DNA of 64,000 bases from an uncultured Muribaculaceae bacterium (GCA_964587565.1 CAZPLK010000002.1:56725-120724), one strand, 5' to 3'; shown: positions 18,985 to 27,904, numbered from the stretch's first letter. Numbers and translations are program-made. Notes: generated from the letters alone by a model not told the origin.

Positions 18985-19017
18985 ATAAAAAAATGACTAA
19001 TCCATATATTTAGTCAT
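18985..19017 (-). terminator. Rho-independent terminator after yneF
   Basis: Stem ATGACTAA/TTAGTCAT (18993-19000 / 19010-19017) overlapping the stop codon, followed by a T-run on the minus strand. Confidence 0.6.
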
Positions 19018-19224
19018 CGTTTTCATCATTTGGTTAATCTGTTTTTGGCTTGGTGTTCGTCCCATTTGCTGCATCATTGCTCTTATCATTTGTTCATTTA
19101 TAGGTGGATTTTGCTTCATATATTTTTTCATGTAATTACGAGCTATAAAAAAACCTATTAAAGCTCCACTAATTAATCCAAATATTACTTTTAATAAATC
19201 CATTAAAAAGGCTGTCCAATTCAT
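18997..19224 (-). CDS. yneF: UPF0154 family small membrane protein (YneF-like)
   Basis: N-terminal TM helix, then [42 protein letters not shown], matching my recollection of B. subtilis YneF. Conserved position after tkt/sirA. Confidence 0.8.
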   Translation of the reverse strand: MNWTAFLMDLLKVIFGLISGALIGFFIARNYMKKYMKQNPPINEQMIRAMMQQMGRTPSQKQINQMMKTMTKYMD

Positions 19225-19298
19225 TATATCATCCTTTCTATATACTAATTTTACTAAATAATATTATTTTAATCAAGGTTTATATTAATTATATTCAC

Positions 19299-19709
19299 TT
19301 ACCTTAAAGTTATTATTTGTTTAGACAACCAAAAATAATCATTGTTTTCAAAATCACATATAAATACATAATTACTATATAAATTCAATATCCAAAAAAA
19401 ATAAGGAAAATTTGAATTAGTAATAATTACTAATGTTGAATAATTAACAAATAATAAACTTGCCTCTTTTTTTGTTAAATATAAAAATTTATTATTGTTA
19501 TTTTTAATATTAGGAATAGTTAATAGTATTTTAATGAAATTTTTAGTATTATATTTATTACACATTTGCTTATATAAACTAATGGGATGATTTATATTTG
19601 AATTTTTATAATTATAAAGTTGATATAAACTAACATATAATTCTTTTAAGTTAAACTCATAAAGTGATGCCACTTCCTTTTTTATTACAAATGCATAATA
19701 TTTTCTCAT
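19299..19709 (-). CDS. sirA: SirA (YneE)-like protein, putative sporulation inhibitor of replication
   Basis: Sits between tkt and yneF, exactly where sirA lies in B. subtilis. The N-terminus MRKYYAFVIKKEVASLY resembles the recalled SirA start MERHYYTYLIKEEFANHY. Similar size (136 aa). Confidence 0.5.
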   Translation of the reverse strand: MRKYYAFVIKKEVASLYEFNLKELYVSLYQLYNYKNSNINHPISLYKQMCNKYNTKNFIKILLTIPNIKNNNNKFLYLTKKEASLLFVNYSTLVIITNSNFPYFFWILNLYSNYVFICDFENNDYFWLSKQIITLR

Positions 19710-19751
19710 CGTATCACCTATATTATTGTATTATTTTTTTTATTAAATTTT

Positions 19752-19786
19752 TGTAGAAAAAAGAATAATTTTAAACATTATTCTTT
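19752..19786 (-). terminator. Rho-independent terminator after tkt
   Basis: 10-bp stem AAAGAATAAT/ATTATTCTTT (19760-19769 / 19777-19786) overlapping the tkt stop codon. The minus strand continues TTTTCTAC. Confidence 0.6.
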
Positions 19787-21802
19787 ATATTTTTGTAATA
19801 TTCTATTTTTAATTTGAGTATATGTGAAATCACAATAATTTAAAACTTCTTCCCTCGTTCCGCTTATTCCATAATTACTAATTGTAATTAAATCACTTTC
19901 ATCTTTTACAAAGCGATGCCAACCGAAAGAGGAACCAGCTTCTATTACAATAGTTTTTACATTTGATGGTAACAATCTCTGTTTATATAAGTCCGTTTGC
20001 TCTAAAAATAGTTCCATTGAAGGCATGCTAACTACTCTTAAATCAATATTATGAGTTTCATATATTTCAACGGCAATATTATATGATGTCCTAACTTCAC
20101 TACCAGTTGCAATAATAATACCATCTAGTCTTTCCCTTTCAGCCTTAACTACATAAGCACCATATTTAACTCTTGATGGATCAGTTGTCCTTAATATTTC
20201 AACATGATTTCTTGATGCAATTAAACAATTTGTTCCTTTATTATTTAGTATTTCATGCCAGCAACCAACTAATTCCTTGGCATCAGCAGGTCTAAACACA
20301 TTAACATCAGGAGTTGATCTTAACATAGCTAATTGTTCAATCGGTTGATGAGTTGGACCATCCGGTCCTATTGAAATAGAGTCATGTGTATATATATAAG
20401 TAACAGGTAAATTCATCAATGCAGATAATCTTATCGATGGTTTTTGATAATCAGCAAATGATAAAAAAGTTGAACCAAATGGCCTAAAACCTGTCAATGC
20501 TAATCCATTTAATATTGCAGCCATTGCATGCTCACGAACACCAAACCAAATGTTTTTACCATTATAGTTTTCCTTAGTTATATCGGGTTGAGTATGTAAA
20601 TAAGTTTTAGTAGAAGTTCCTACGTCTGCACTACCGCCAATAAAAGTATCTATTTTTTCACTTAACTTTAACATTATTTTACCATTAATATCGCGTAAAG
20701 AGTCTTTTTCAAACATTAAATAATCCCACCCCATACTTACAACATCAATGTTAAAACGACTTGTTACTACATTGTTAAATAAATTATAATCACCACGATA
20801 TTTACTTTCTACATATTCTTTATAAATATCATCCCATTCATAAAAATATTTTTGGTATCGTTTACTAACTTCTTTTCTAAAATAGTCTAACGTACCTTTA
20901 GGTATATAAAATTTATTCTCGGGCAAATGAAGTTTCTGTTTTAATAATAATGTTTCTTTATCACCTAAAACTTTTCCATGCACCTCATGAGTTCCTTCAA
21001 GCGATGTACCTTTACCAATAGTTGTTTTAATTTCAATAATAGTTGGTTTTGATGATGATTTAGCACGATTAATTGCTCGATTAATTGCTGATAAATCTTC
21101 ACCATTTCTTACTAATTCCGTATTCCATCCCATAGATTTAAAACGTTCCAGTACATTTTCATCAAATGAATTTGATGTAGGCCCATCTAAACTTATATCA
21201 TTAGAATCATATAACACTATTAAGTTGTTAAGACATAGTGTTCCCGCTAATGATGCAGCTTCATATGATATACCTTCCATTAAATCACCATCACCACATA
21301 ATACATAAACACGGTAATCAAAAACAGACTTATTTGAACCAAATATTTTTTTATTATCTGTCGTACCATATTTTTCATTATTAATTTTTCCACCTAATGC
21401 CATCCCAACAGCGCTAGCAATTCCTTGCCCCAATGGTCCAGTGGAAATATCTACTCCACTTGTTACACCGTATTCTGGATGACCTGGTGTAGGAAAACCA
21501 CTTCTTCTAAATTTTTTTAAATCATCCAAAGATATATTAAAACCAGCCATATACAACATAGCATACAATAATGCTGAACCATGCCCCGCTGACATTACAA
21601 AACGATCTCTATTAATCCAACTTGGATCAACTGTACTATATTTTAAATGATTTTTGTATAAAGTATACATTATAGGAGCAGCACCAAGTACTATACCAGG
21701 GTGTCCACTGCCTGCCTCATTTATCATATCAATTGCTAATCCTTTTAAATAATTAATAGCCATCTCATCAAAACTAATCTTTGTATTTTGTTGATTTCTC
21801 AT
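19778..21802 (-). CDS. tkt: Transketolase
   Basis: GHPG, GDGDLMEG (ThDP-binding) and conserved pyrimidine/C-terminal domains, ~670 aa. Confidence 0.95.
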   Translation of the reverse strand: MRNQQNTKISFDEMAINYLKGLAIDMINEAGSGHPGIVLGAAPIMYTLYKNHLKYSTVDPSWINRDRFVMSAGHGSALLYAMLYMAGFNISLDDLKKFRRSGFPTPGHPEYGVTSGVDISTGPLGQGIASAVGMALGGKINNEKYGTTDNKKIFGSNKSVFDYRVYVLCGDGDLMEGISYEAASLAGTLCLNNLIVLYDSNDISLDGPTSNSFDENVLERFKSMGWNTELVRNGEDLSAINRAINRAKSSSKPTIIEIKTTIGKGTSLEGTHEVHGKVLGDKETLLLKQKLHLPENKFYIPKGTLDYFRKEVSKRYQKYFYEWDDIYKEYVESKYRGDYNLFNNVVTSRFNIDVVSMGWDYLMFEKDSLRDINGKIMLKLSEKIDTFIGGSADVGTSTKTYLHTQPDITKENYNGKNIWFGVREHAMAAILNGLALTGFRPFGSTFLSFADYQKPSIRLSALMNLPVTYIYTHDSISIGPDGPTHQPIEQLAMLRSTPDVNVFRPADAKELVGCWHEILNNKGTNCLIASRNHVEILRTTDPSRVKYGAYVVKAERERLDGIIIATGSEVRTSYNIAVEIYETHNIDLRVVSMPSMELFLEQTDLYKQRLLPSNVKTIVIEAGSSFGWHRFVKDESDLITISNYGISGTREEVLNYCDFTYTQIKNRILQKYKE

Positions 21803-21855
21803 TATTCCACCTCTATTATTAGTATACCAAAATAAAATATAATAATAAAGATTAA

Positions 21856-22002
21856 TTAGTAGTCGTTAATAGTTATTTGGATATTTTCATTGTTTTTTTC
21901 TAACTCTTCCATTTTCCTAACATTCACCGAGTCAAAATAAATTATAGTAACAACAAAAATCATAAAACTGATCACCATCTTATTTTTTAATAATTCTAAC
22001 AC
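21856..22002 (-). CDS. Untracked 48-aa single-pass membrane protein, candidate SOS-induced cell-division inhibitor (YneA/SosA-position analogue)
   Basis: Hand-translated: GTG start at 22002, 6 nt after GAGGAGGGG. Product MLELLKNKMVISFMIFVVTIIYFDSVNVRKMEELEKNNENIQITINDY, ending in TAA at 21856-21858. Divergent from lexA, with a LexA box in its promoter spacer. Confidence 0.55.
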   Translation of the reverse strand: MLELLKNKMVISFMIFVVTIIYFDSVNVRKMEELEKNNENIQITINDY

Positions 22003-22025
22003 AATACCCCTCCTCTATTAAACAC

Positions 22026-22054
22026 AATATATCACGAACGTTTGTTTGTGTCAA
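22026..22054 (-). promoter_or_regulatory. Sigma-A type promoter of the small divergent ORF (SOS-controlled)
   Basis: Minus strand reads TTGACA (22054-22049), a 17-nt spacer, then TATATT (22031-22026). The spacer contains LexA box 1. Confidence 0.6.
22035..22048. promoter_or_regulatory. LexA (SOS/Cheo) box 1
   Basis: CGAACGTTTGTTTG, compared with the Firmicute consensus CGAAC-N4-GTTCG (GAAC-N4-GTTY). Confidence 0.75.
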
Positions 22055-22062
22055 CCTCAAAA

Positions 22063-22076
22063 CGAACAAATGTTTG
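22063..22076. promoter_or_regulatory. LexA (SOS/Cheo) box 2, overlapping the lexA -35
   Basis: CGAACAAATGTTTG. Overlaps the TTGACT -35 of lexA, consistent with autoregulation. Confidence 0.75.
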
Positions 22077-22102
22077 ACTTTTTTGTAAAGTTATGTTAAA
22101 AT
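22074..22102 (+). promoter_or_regulatory. lexA promoter
   Basis: TTGACT (22074-22079), a 17-nt spacer ending in TGT (extended -10), then TAAAAT (22097-22102). Confidence 0.6.
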
Positions 22103-22131
22103 TTATTTATAAATATAAGTAGGAGGTGTTT

Positions 22132-22749
22132 ATGACAAAGTTAACTAGTCGTCAAAATGAAATTTTACAATATATAAAAAAATACATAAATGAAAATGGG
22201 TATCCCCCTACTATTAGGGAAATTGCTAAAGCTATGGGTGTTTCATCTACGGCTACAATCCATGCCCATTTATGTAATTTAGAAAAAAAAGGTGTTATTA
22301 AAAAAGAAAACACGAAAAATCGTGCAATTGAACTTTTAGTAGAAAATGAATATTTGAATACTGAACAAGATGTTGTAAAGGTACCTCTTTTAGGAAAAAT
22401 AACAGCCGGCTCACCAATTGAGGCTATTGAAAATCCTAATGACTTCTTTCCATTACCTAGCCATTTAATTCCAAGTAATAAAGAAGTATTTACTTTATTA
22501 GTAGAAGGCGATAGTATGATCAATGTTGGGATATATGATGGAGATACCGTTATTGTTGAAAGATGCAATAATGCCTACAATGGTAATATTGTTGTTGCTA
22601 TGACCGATGAAAATGAAGTTACCCTTAAAACTTATTATAAAGAAAAAGATCACATCAGATTGCAACCTGAAAATGATCATATGGAACCAATAATAGTACA
22701 CAACATTACAGTTTTAGGGCGCGCTATTGGATTATATAGAAAATTATAA
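22132..22749 (+). CDS. lexA: LexA SOS repressor
   Basis: N-terminal winged HTH (GYPPTIREIA) and C-terminal S24 peptidase with GDSM and the catalytic Lys region. ATG at 22132 lies 5 nt after AGGAGG; the tracked GTG overlaps the 3' end of that RBS. Confidence 0.95.
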   Translation: MTKLTSRQNEILQYIKKYINENGYPPTIREIAKAMGVSSTATIHAHLCNLEKKGVIKKENTKNRAIELLVENEYLNTEQDVVKVPLLGKITAGSPIEAIENPNDFFPLPSHLIPSNKEVFTLLVEGDSMINVGIYDGDTVIVERCNNAYNGNIVVAMTDENEVTLKTYYKEKDHIRLQPENDHMEPIIVHNITVLGRAIGLYRKL

Positions 22750-22780
22750 AAGTTAGTTTAAAACTAACTTTTTTTATTTG
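22750..22780. terminator. Bidirectional terminator between lexA and the rhomboid gene
   Basis: Stem AGTTAGTT/AACTAACT (22751-22758 / 22762-22769) flanked by an A-run and a T-run. Confidence 0.65.
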
Positions 22781-22800
22781 CGATATATTAACAATCCTTT

Positions 22801-23952
22801 TTATATTCCAAAAAACGCTAAATATACTAAAAATACAGTGAACATTGCTGTCATTACCCAACCGTTAACCTTATCCGAAGTGGTTGATTTATACTTAACA
22901 CCAAGTGCCATTGAAATTAATACTCCACCAATCAACCCTCCAATATGTGCAGCGTTGTTTATCCCTGGCAAACTAAATCCAATTAATAAATTTATTAATA
23001 TTAATGGTATTATTTGTGATCTTATTACAGAGCCTAAATATACACGATAATGATATCCAAAATATAATAATGCTCCTAAAAGCCCAAAGATGGAACCGGA
23101 TGCCCCAGCACTTACACCATCAAAAAACAACATAGATAATAAACTTGATGTAATTGCACTAAAAAGGTATATTACAATAAATTTAGTTTTTCCATAAAAA
23201 CTTTCAAGTTGAGGACCGATTATATATAATGCATAATTATTAAAGGCTAAATGGAAAATATCTATATGTAAAAATGAACTAGTAATTAATCGATAATAAT
23301 CACCCGCAAGTATGTATTTTGGAAAACTAGCCCCAAAATTAATTAAAGTTTCAACATTTCTACTGCCATTACCAAATAAATACATCATTAAAAATAGTAT
23401 TAAATTAATTGCTATTATTATTAAAGTAACAATTGGTTTTTCCATTTTAAAAATATCTTCAGCCCGTCTTGCATCTTCTTCATTTTTTTTGTTAATATCT
23501 TTTGTTAATTTCATAAACAATTCGATTCCTTTTTCTTTATAATCTGTTTTAAAAGGTAGTTTTGGAAAGTTTTCTAAAATAACTTTTTCTTTTTTTAAAT
23601 CATCGATTTCTTTAATATTAATACATGTAATATCATTAGGCTTTAATTGAAGTTCTACATTTTCACCTAAATTTAAAAATATGTTTAATGTATTAATATT
23701 GAGTGATAAAGTTTTTTTCTTAATATCTTTCATAATTCTACTAGTTTTATATATGTCATAATTTAATTGTTCTTTATTATGTATGTAATTAGAAGTAATT
23801 CTAATTATTTGATAATCGTTATTTAAATTTTCTAACCAAATTTCTTCTTTAGCACCATGTAATACAATTGGATTATATCCTTCCTCAGTTATAAAATAAT
23901 GTAATAGTTTTATTACTAAATCATCACCTTCATTTTGAATTATTTGATTCAT
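22801..23952 (-). CDS. Rhomboid-family intramembrane serine protease with N-terminal cytoplasmic domain (GluP/YqgP-like)
   Basis: Multi-TM C-terminal half with the GASGSIFG catalytic Ser motif and the AHIGG catalytic His motif. Confidence 0.85.
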   Translation of the reverse strand: MNQIIQNEGDDLVIKLLHYFITEEGYNPIVLHGAKEEIWLENLNNDYQIIRITSNYIHNKEQLNYDIYKTSRIMKDIKKKTLSLNINTLNIFLNLGENVELQLKPNDITCINIKEIDDLKKEKVILENFPKLPFKTDYKEKGIELFMKLTKDINKKNEEDARRAEDIFKMEKPIVTLIIIAINLILFLMMYLFGNGSRNVETLINFGASFPKYILAGDYYRLITSSFLHIDIFHLAFNNYALYIIGPQLESFYGKTKFIVIYLFSAITSSLLSMLFFDGVSAGASGSIFGLLGALLYFGYHYRVYLGSVIRSQIIPLILINLLIGFSLPGINNAAHIGGLIGGVLISMALGVKYKSTTSDKVNGWVMTAMFTVFLVYLAFFGI

Positions 23953-24002
23953 AATATCACCACTTTCTAATTTATGACTAGTTTATTTTATGTTTATTTA
24001 AA

Positions 24003-24905
24003 TTATTGTTTATTGACTAAATTCATAACTTTTATAAACTCACTTGGCAAATCACTAGTAAACTCCATATATTCATTAGTGCTTGGATGAATAAAGCCTA
24101 TTGTTTTTGCGTGTAAACACTGACCTGTTTCATCAATTGTTTTTTTTCTACCATATAATGGGTCATTTACAACCGGATGTTTTATATATTGGAAATGAAC
24201 TCTTATTTGATGAGTTCTTCCAGTTTCTAAACTAACTTCTACTAAAGTTGTTTTCTCAAATCGCTTTATTACCTTAAAATGAGTAATAGCATCTTTACTA
24301 TTATGAGAAGTAACAGTTAATTTTTTACGATTATTTAAATCCCTTCCAATTGGAGCGTCAATTGTGCCAGTTTGATTATTTATAATTCCCCAAACTAATG
24401 CGTAATATTTTCTCACCATAGTTTTGTCTTTTAATTGTTTAGCAATAAATTTATGACTTTCATTATCTTTAGCAACTACTACTAGTCCTGTAGTTTGAGA
24501 ATCTAAACGGTGGATAATTCCTGGCCTTAACTTTCCATTAATATCACTAAGATTATCAAAATGATATAATAAAGCATTTACTAGCGTTCCACTTTCATTA
24601 CCAACTGCTGGATGCATAACTAAGTCTTTATGTTTGTTAATTATTATAATACAATCATCTTCATAAATAACATTTAAATCTAATTTTTCAGCACATACTT
24701 TTATTTTGTTATCTTTAATTCTTTTTATAATAATAACATCACCATTTTTTAAAATATAACTGTTTTTAACACTCTTATCATTAACTAATATATTTTTATC
24801 ATTAATTAACTTTTGTATTTGGTTGCGACTAATATTCAGTTTTTCAATTAAATATGTATCAATTCGTTTGTTATCATCATTATGTTCTACTATTATTTTC
24901 TGCAT
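24003..24905 (-). CDS. rluD: RluA-family 23S rRNA pseudouridine synthase (RluD-like)
   Basis: S4 domain, then the HRLDSQTTG catalytic Asp motif. ATG at 24905 follows AGAGGAG. Typical lspA-rluD pairing. Confidence 0.85.
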   Translation of the reverse strand: MQKIIVEHNDDNKRIDTYLIEKLNISRNQIQKLINDKNILVNDKSVKNSYILKNGDVIIIKRIKDNKIKVCAEKLDLNVIYEDDCIIIINKHKDLVMHPAVGNESGTLVNALLYHFDNLSDINGKLRPGIIHRLDSQTTGLVVVAKDNESHKFIAKQLKDKTMVRKYYALVWGIINNQTGTIDAPIGRDLNNRKKLTVTSHNSKDAITHFKVIKRFEKTTLVEVSLETGRTHQIRVHFQYIKHPVVNDPLYGRKKTIDETGQCLHAKTIGFIHPSTNEYMEFTSDLPSEFIKVMNLVNKQ

Positions 24906-25359
24906 TTTTTTGCTCCTCTTTAAATATTTCAATTATTAAAAAGAATATTGAAATTACAATAAAACAATCCGCAAAATTAAAAACTGGAAAGTCGTAATTG
25001 AAAACAGTAAAATCTAAAAAATCTACAACATAACCTAATATTATACGATCAATTAAATTACCCATAATACCCCCAATTAAAGTACCTAATATTAATATGT
25101 TTTTATTATTTAAAACCTTATTTTTTATAAAATAATAATATATTAAAATTATTGACATAATTGCTACAACTATTAAAAACAAATCATTTCCTTCTAAAAT
25201 ACTCCAAGCAGCACCAAAATTTCTCACATAGGTGATAGAAAAAAATGATTTGATAATATTTGTACTATCAAATAAATTCATTTTTATAGTAACTATATAT
25301 TTTGTCAATTGGTCTATTATTAAACACAATAAACTAATTAATGTTAATTTTTTATACAT
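24880..25359 (-). CDS. lspA: Lipoprotein signal peptidase (signal peptidase II)
   Basis: Four TM segments. Conserved NxGAAWS-like (NFGAAWS) and FNFAD motifs. Confidence 0.9.
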   Translation of the reverse strand: MYKKLTLISLLCLIIDQLTKYIVTIKMNLFDSTNIIKSFFSITYVRNFGAAWSILEGNDLFLIVVAIMSIILIYYYFIKNKVLNNKNILILGTLIGGIMGNLIDRIILGYVVDFLDFTVFNYDFPVFNFADCFIVISIFFLIIEIFKEEQKNAENNSRT

Positions 25360-25412
25360 TCATCTCACCAACAACATTATAACATGAAATAATTTAATAA
25401 TAAAGTTGGATA

Positions 25413-25446
25413 ACAATTAAAAAAGATAAGTTTTAACTTATCTTTT
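25413..25446 (-). terminator. Rho-independent terminator after the FMN-bind lipoprotein gene
   Basis: Stem AAAAGATAAG/CTTATCTTTT (25421-25430 / 25437-25446) overlapping the stop codon. The minus strand continues TTTTTAATT. Confidence 0.6.
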
Positions 25447-25903
25447 ATTCAGCTTGGGCAATAGCATCTTTAACAGCAGCATATAATGCATCAATTTTCA
25501 TTGTAACACCACTTATTGAATCAGTAATTGATTTATCGTCGTCTGTCCACTCAATAAAATCTAATTTTTGTTTTTCTACTATTGCACTTTCTAGTGCTTC
25601 AACTTGTTCAAACCATTCCTTTGAAATAGGGGATGCAATTCTCATTCCATAATCTTCACCTAATGTTTTTTTAGTAGTTATTACCCCATCCTTTTCAAAT
25701 GTTGTATCTAAATAAACTGACTTAATGTTCCCGTTTGAGTCAACATAAACAACTGCTGTAGCAACACTGTTACTTCCTCCATAATTATCAAGAGCACTAC
25801 CGAAATATGTTCCTTCTTTATATATACCTTCATCTTCTATTTTAGTACACCCAGTTATAACCATTAATGCGACTAACATTAAAATTAAAATTCTTTTCTT
25901 CAT
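25445..25903 (-). CDS. FMN-binding domain lipoprotein (predicted flavinylation substrate)
   Basis: Lipobox LMVITGC. The C-terminal DSISGVT matches the Dxx(S/T)G(A/V)(T/S) flavinylation motif of FMN_bind domains. An ApbE gene lies upstream in the same operon. Confidence 0.7.
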   Translation of the reverse strand: MKKRILILMLVALMVITGCTKIEDEGIYKEGTYFGSALDNYGGSNSVATAVVYVDSNGNIKSVYLDTTFEKDGVITTKKTLGEDYGMRIASPISKEWFEQVEALESAIVEKQKLDFIEWTDDDKSITDSISGVTMKIDALYAAVKDAIAQAE

Positions 25904-25943
25904 TTAATTCCCTCCTACATTACATTAAAATTATATATGATAT

Positions 25944-26453
25944 TTAATTGTTTTGCAAATCATTTTCAAAATAATTTACCATTTCTTTACTTATTTTACC
26001 CACAATCATCCCCGTTGGTATTGAAAATAATAATAACCACGGTAAATAATAGATCATACTTACTGATTTCAAAACAATTATAGCAACTATTATTTGCCCA
26101 ACACTATGAAAAATTGAACCAATTATACTCACACCAATTATAGAAAGTGGTGTAAATTTTTTAGCACAATACATAGTAATTCCACTAAATAATGCACCCG
26201 CCAAGCTAAATGTAAATGTTTGACTAAAAAGCCCCGTTCTTAGTATACCCATTAAAAATACTCTTAAAACTGAAACATATAACGAATCTTTAAAAGAATA
26301 ATAATATAAAACAAACAAAATCACAGTATTAGCGAGTCCCAATTTGAGACCGGGTATGTGACCACTAAAAAATGGTATAGTACTTTCTATTAATGCTAAA
26401 ACAACAGAAAGCGCTAATAACATTGATAATTTAATATGTTTTTCTAATTCCAT
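25944..26453 (-). CDS. Gx transporter family membrane protein (Hpre_diP_synt_I-like)
   Basis: Five or six TM helices. The IESTIP....IPGLKLGLANTVIL signature is typical of this family. Confidence 0.7.
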   Translation of the reverse strand: MELEKHIKLSMLLALSVVLALIESTIPFFSGHIPGLKLGLANTVILFVLYYYSFKDSLYVSVLRVFLMGILRTGLFSQTFTFSLAGALFSGITMYCAKKFTPLSIIGVSIIGSIFHSVGQIIVAIIVLKSVSMIYYLPWLLLFSIPTGMIVGKISKEMVNYFENDLQNN

Positions 26454-26461
26454 AATTTCAC

Positions 26462-26836
26462 CTATTTTACAACAGCATCTAATTCTGTAGATGCTTCTAT
26501 TACAATAATTATTTTATTTGGTAAACAAACTATTGTTTCATATGTCTCTTTAATCCAACCTTGTTTTGAACATAAATTTAACGGACTATTTTCCTCTTCT
26601 ACCATTATTTTATTTCCATCAACTTTAATAATTACATCACCATTATATCCCTTAACACTAAATGTTTTTGACTTGCTATCCATTAAAGGAATAGATAACA
26701 ACAATTCATTTTCATAATAAACTTTGGCAATCTTCTCGCCATTACTTTTATTAAAAACAATTGATAATAATATAATAATAGAAAACACAATTATAAATAT
26801 TATTAAACTAATATCACTTTTGTTCATATTTTTCAA
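26462..26836 (-). CDS. NusG domain II-containing membrane-anchored protein (DUF1312)
   Basis: N-terminal TM helix. The conserved C..GWI....IVCLPNKIII motif is characteristic of DUF1312/NusG_II. Confidence 0.7.
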   Translation of the reverse strand: MKNMNKSDISLIIFIIVFSIIILLSIVFNKSNGEKIAKVYYENELLLSIPLMDSKSKTFSVKGYNGDVIIKVDGNKIMVEEENSPLNLCSKQGWIKETYETIVCLPNKIIIVIEASTELDAVVK

Positions 26837-27815
26837 AACCTTTACTTTTAATTATTTTATCATTATTAGAATACCAAATAGCTTCTACATTATCAATTGA
26901 AGATACAAATTCAACGCCATCTTCAATCGGCATTAAAAATAACAAAGTTGTCAACACATCGTTTAATTTACTATCATTAGATATAACTGTAACACTTTGC
27001 ATATAATCACCCGGAAATAAAGTTTGGGGATTAATTATATGATTATACCTTTTATTTTCATATTCATAAAATCTTTCATAACTGCCACTTGTAGCTATAG
27101 ATATATTTTCACCTTTAACAACAACTAAATTCTCATGAGGATTTTTAGGATGCCTAATTCCAATTTTATATAAATCTTTTCTATATTTATCTCCAACTAA
27201 AACATGTCCACCAGCGTTAATTAGAAACTTATTAAATCCATTATCTTTTAAATGTTGGCCCACGACATCAGTAGCATATGCTTTTGCAATCGCACCTAAG
27301 TCAATATTAGGTTTATTATTTAATATTTTGTTGTTTTCTAATAAAACAACTTGTTTTGTCGTATTCATCGCTTCTTTCAATTCTTTTTCAAAAGGAATGC
27401 CATCTTGTTTTTCAATATGATTTTTCCAAATATCAATAACATTACCTATTTCAATATTAAATACACCTTTACTTTTTTCTTTCCAAACCAAACTATACTC
27501 TAAAAGTTCATATAATTTATTATCTATTGTTAAGAACTCATCTTTACTATCATTATTATTAATATAATAAATATTTTCAATATTATCATAAGCATTAAAA
27601 CGATCCGTTAAGTAATGGTATTCTTTATATATATTATCTACTTCTTCTAATATTTTTTCTGCTTTTTTATCTTTCGTATAAATTTTTACATTTATATATG
27701 TATCCATATAAAAATAATTTTTGTTATAAACCGTTACTTTGTTCTCATAATTTAAAAAAATATATATTAATATTAAAACAACAATAACACTTATAAAAAA
27801 TATATGTTTTTTCAT
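26814..27815 (-). CDS. apbE: FAD:protein FMN transferase (ApbE family)
   Basis: N-terminal membrane anchor. ApbE-like core (FYMDTYINVKIY..., IDLGAIAKAYATD, NAGGH, ATSGSYERF). Confidence 0.85.
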   Translation of the reverse strand: MKKHIFFISVIVVLILIYIFLNYENKVTVYNKNYFYMDTYINVKIYTKDKKAEKILEEVDNIYKEYHYLTDRFNAYDNIENIYYINNNDSKDEFLTIDNKLYELLEYSLVWKEKSKGVFNIEIGNVIDIWKNHIEKQDGIPFEKELKEAMNTTKQVVLLENNKILNNKPNIDLGAIAKAYATDVVGQHLKDNGFNKFLINAGGHVLVGDKYRKDLYKIGIRHPKNPHENLVVVKGENISIATSGSYERFYEYENKRYNHIINPQTLFPGDYMQSVTVISNDSKLNDVLTTLLFLMPIEDGVEFVSSIDNVEAIWYSNNDKIIKSKGFEKYEQK

Positions 27816-27875
27816 AGTACCACCTGATTTATTATAACAAATTTAACAATGTAAATCTACTAATAATATTTAACA

Positions 27876-27904
27876 TTAAAAAACCAAAACATATAGTTTT
27901 GGTT
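27876..27904 (-). terminator. Rho-independent terminator after ylmC
   Basis: Stem AACCAAAAC/TTTTGGTT (27882-27890 / 27897-27904), followed by a T-run on the minus strand. Confidence 0.65.

Noticed and set aside
22152-23050. Minus-strand ORFs 22152-22568 and 22498-22701 inside lexA, and plus-strand ORF 22778-23050 inside the rhomboid gene
   Set aside because: They are antisense to genes with unambiguous catalytic motifs. They have no RBS and no recognisable features.
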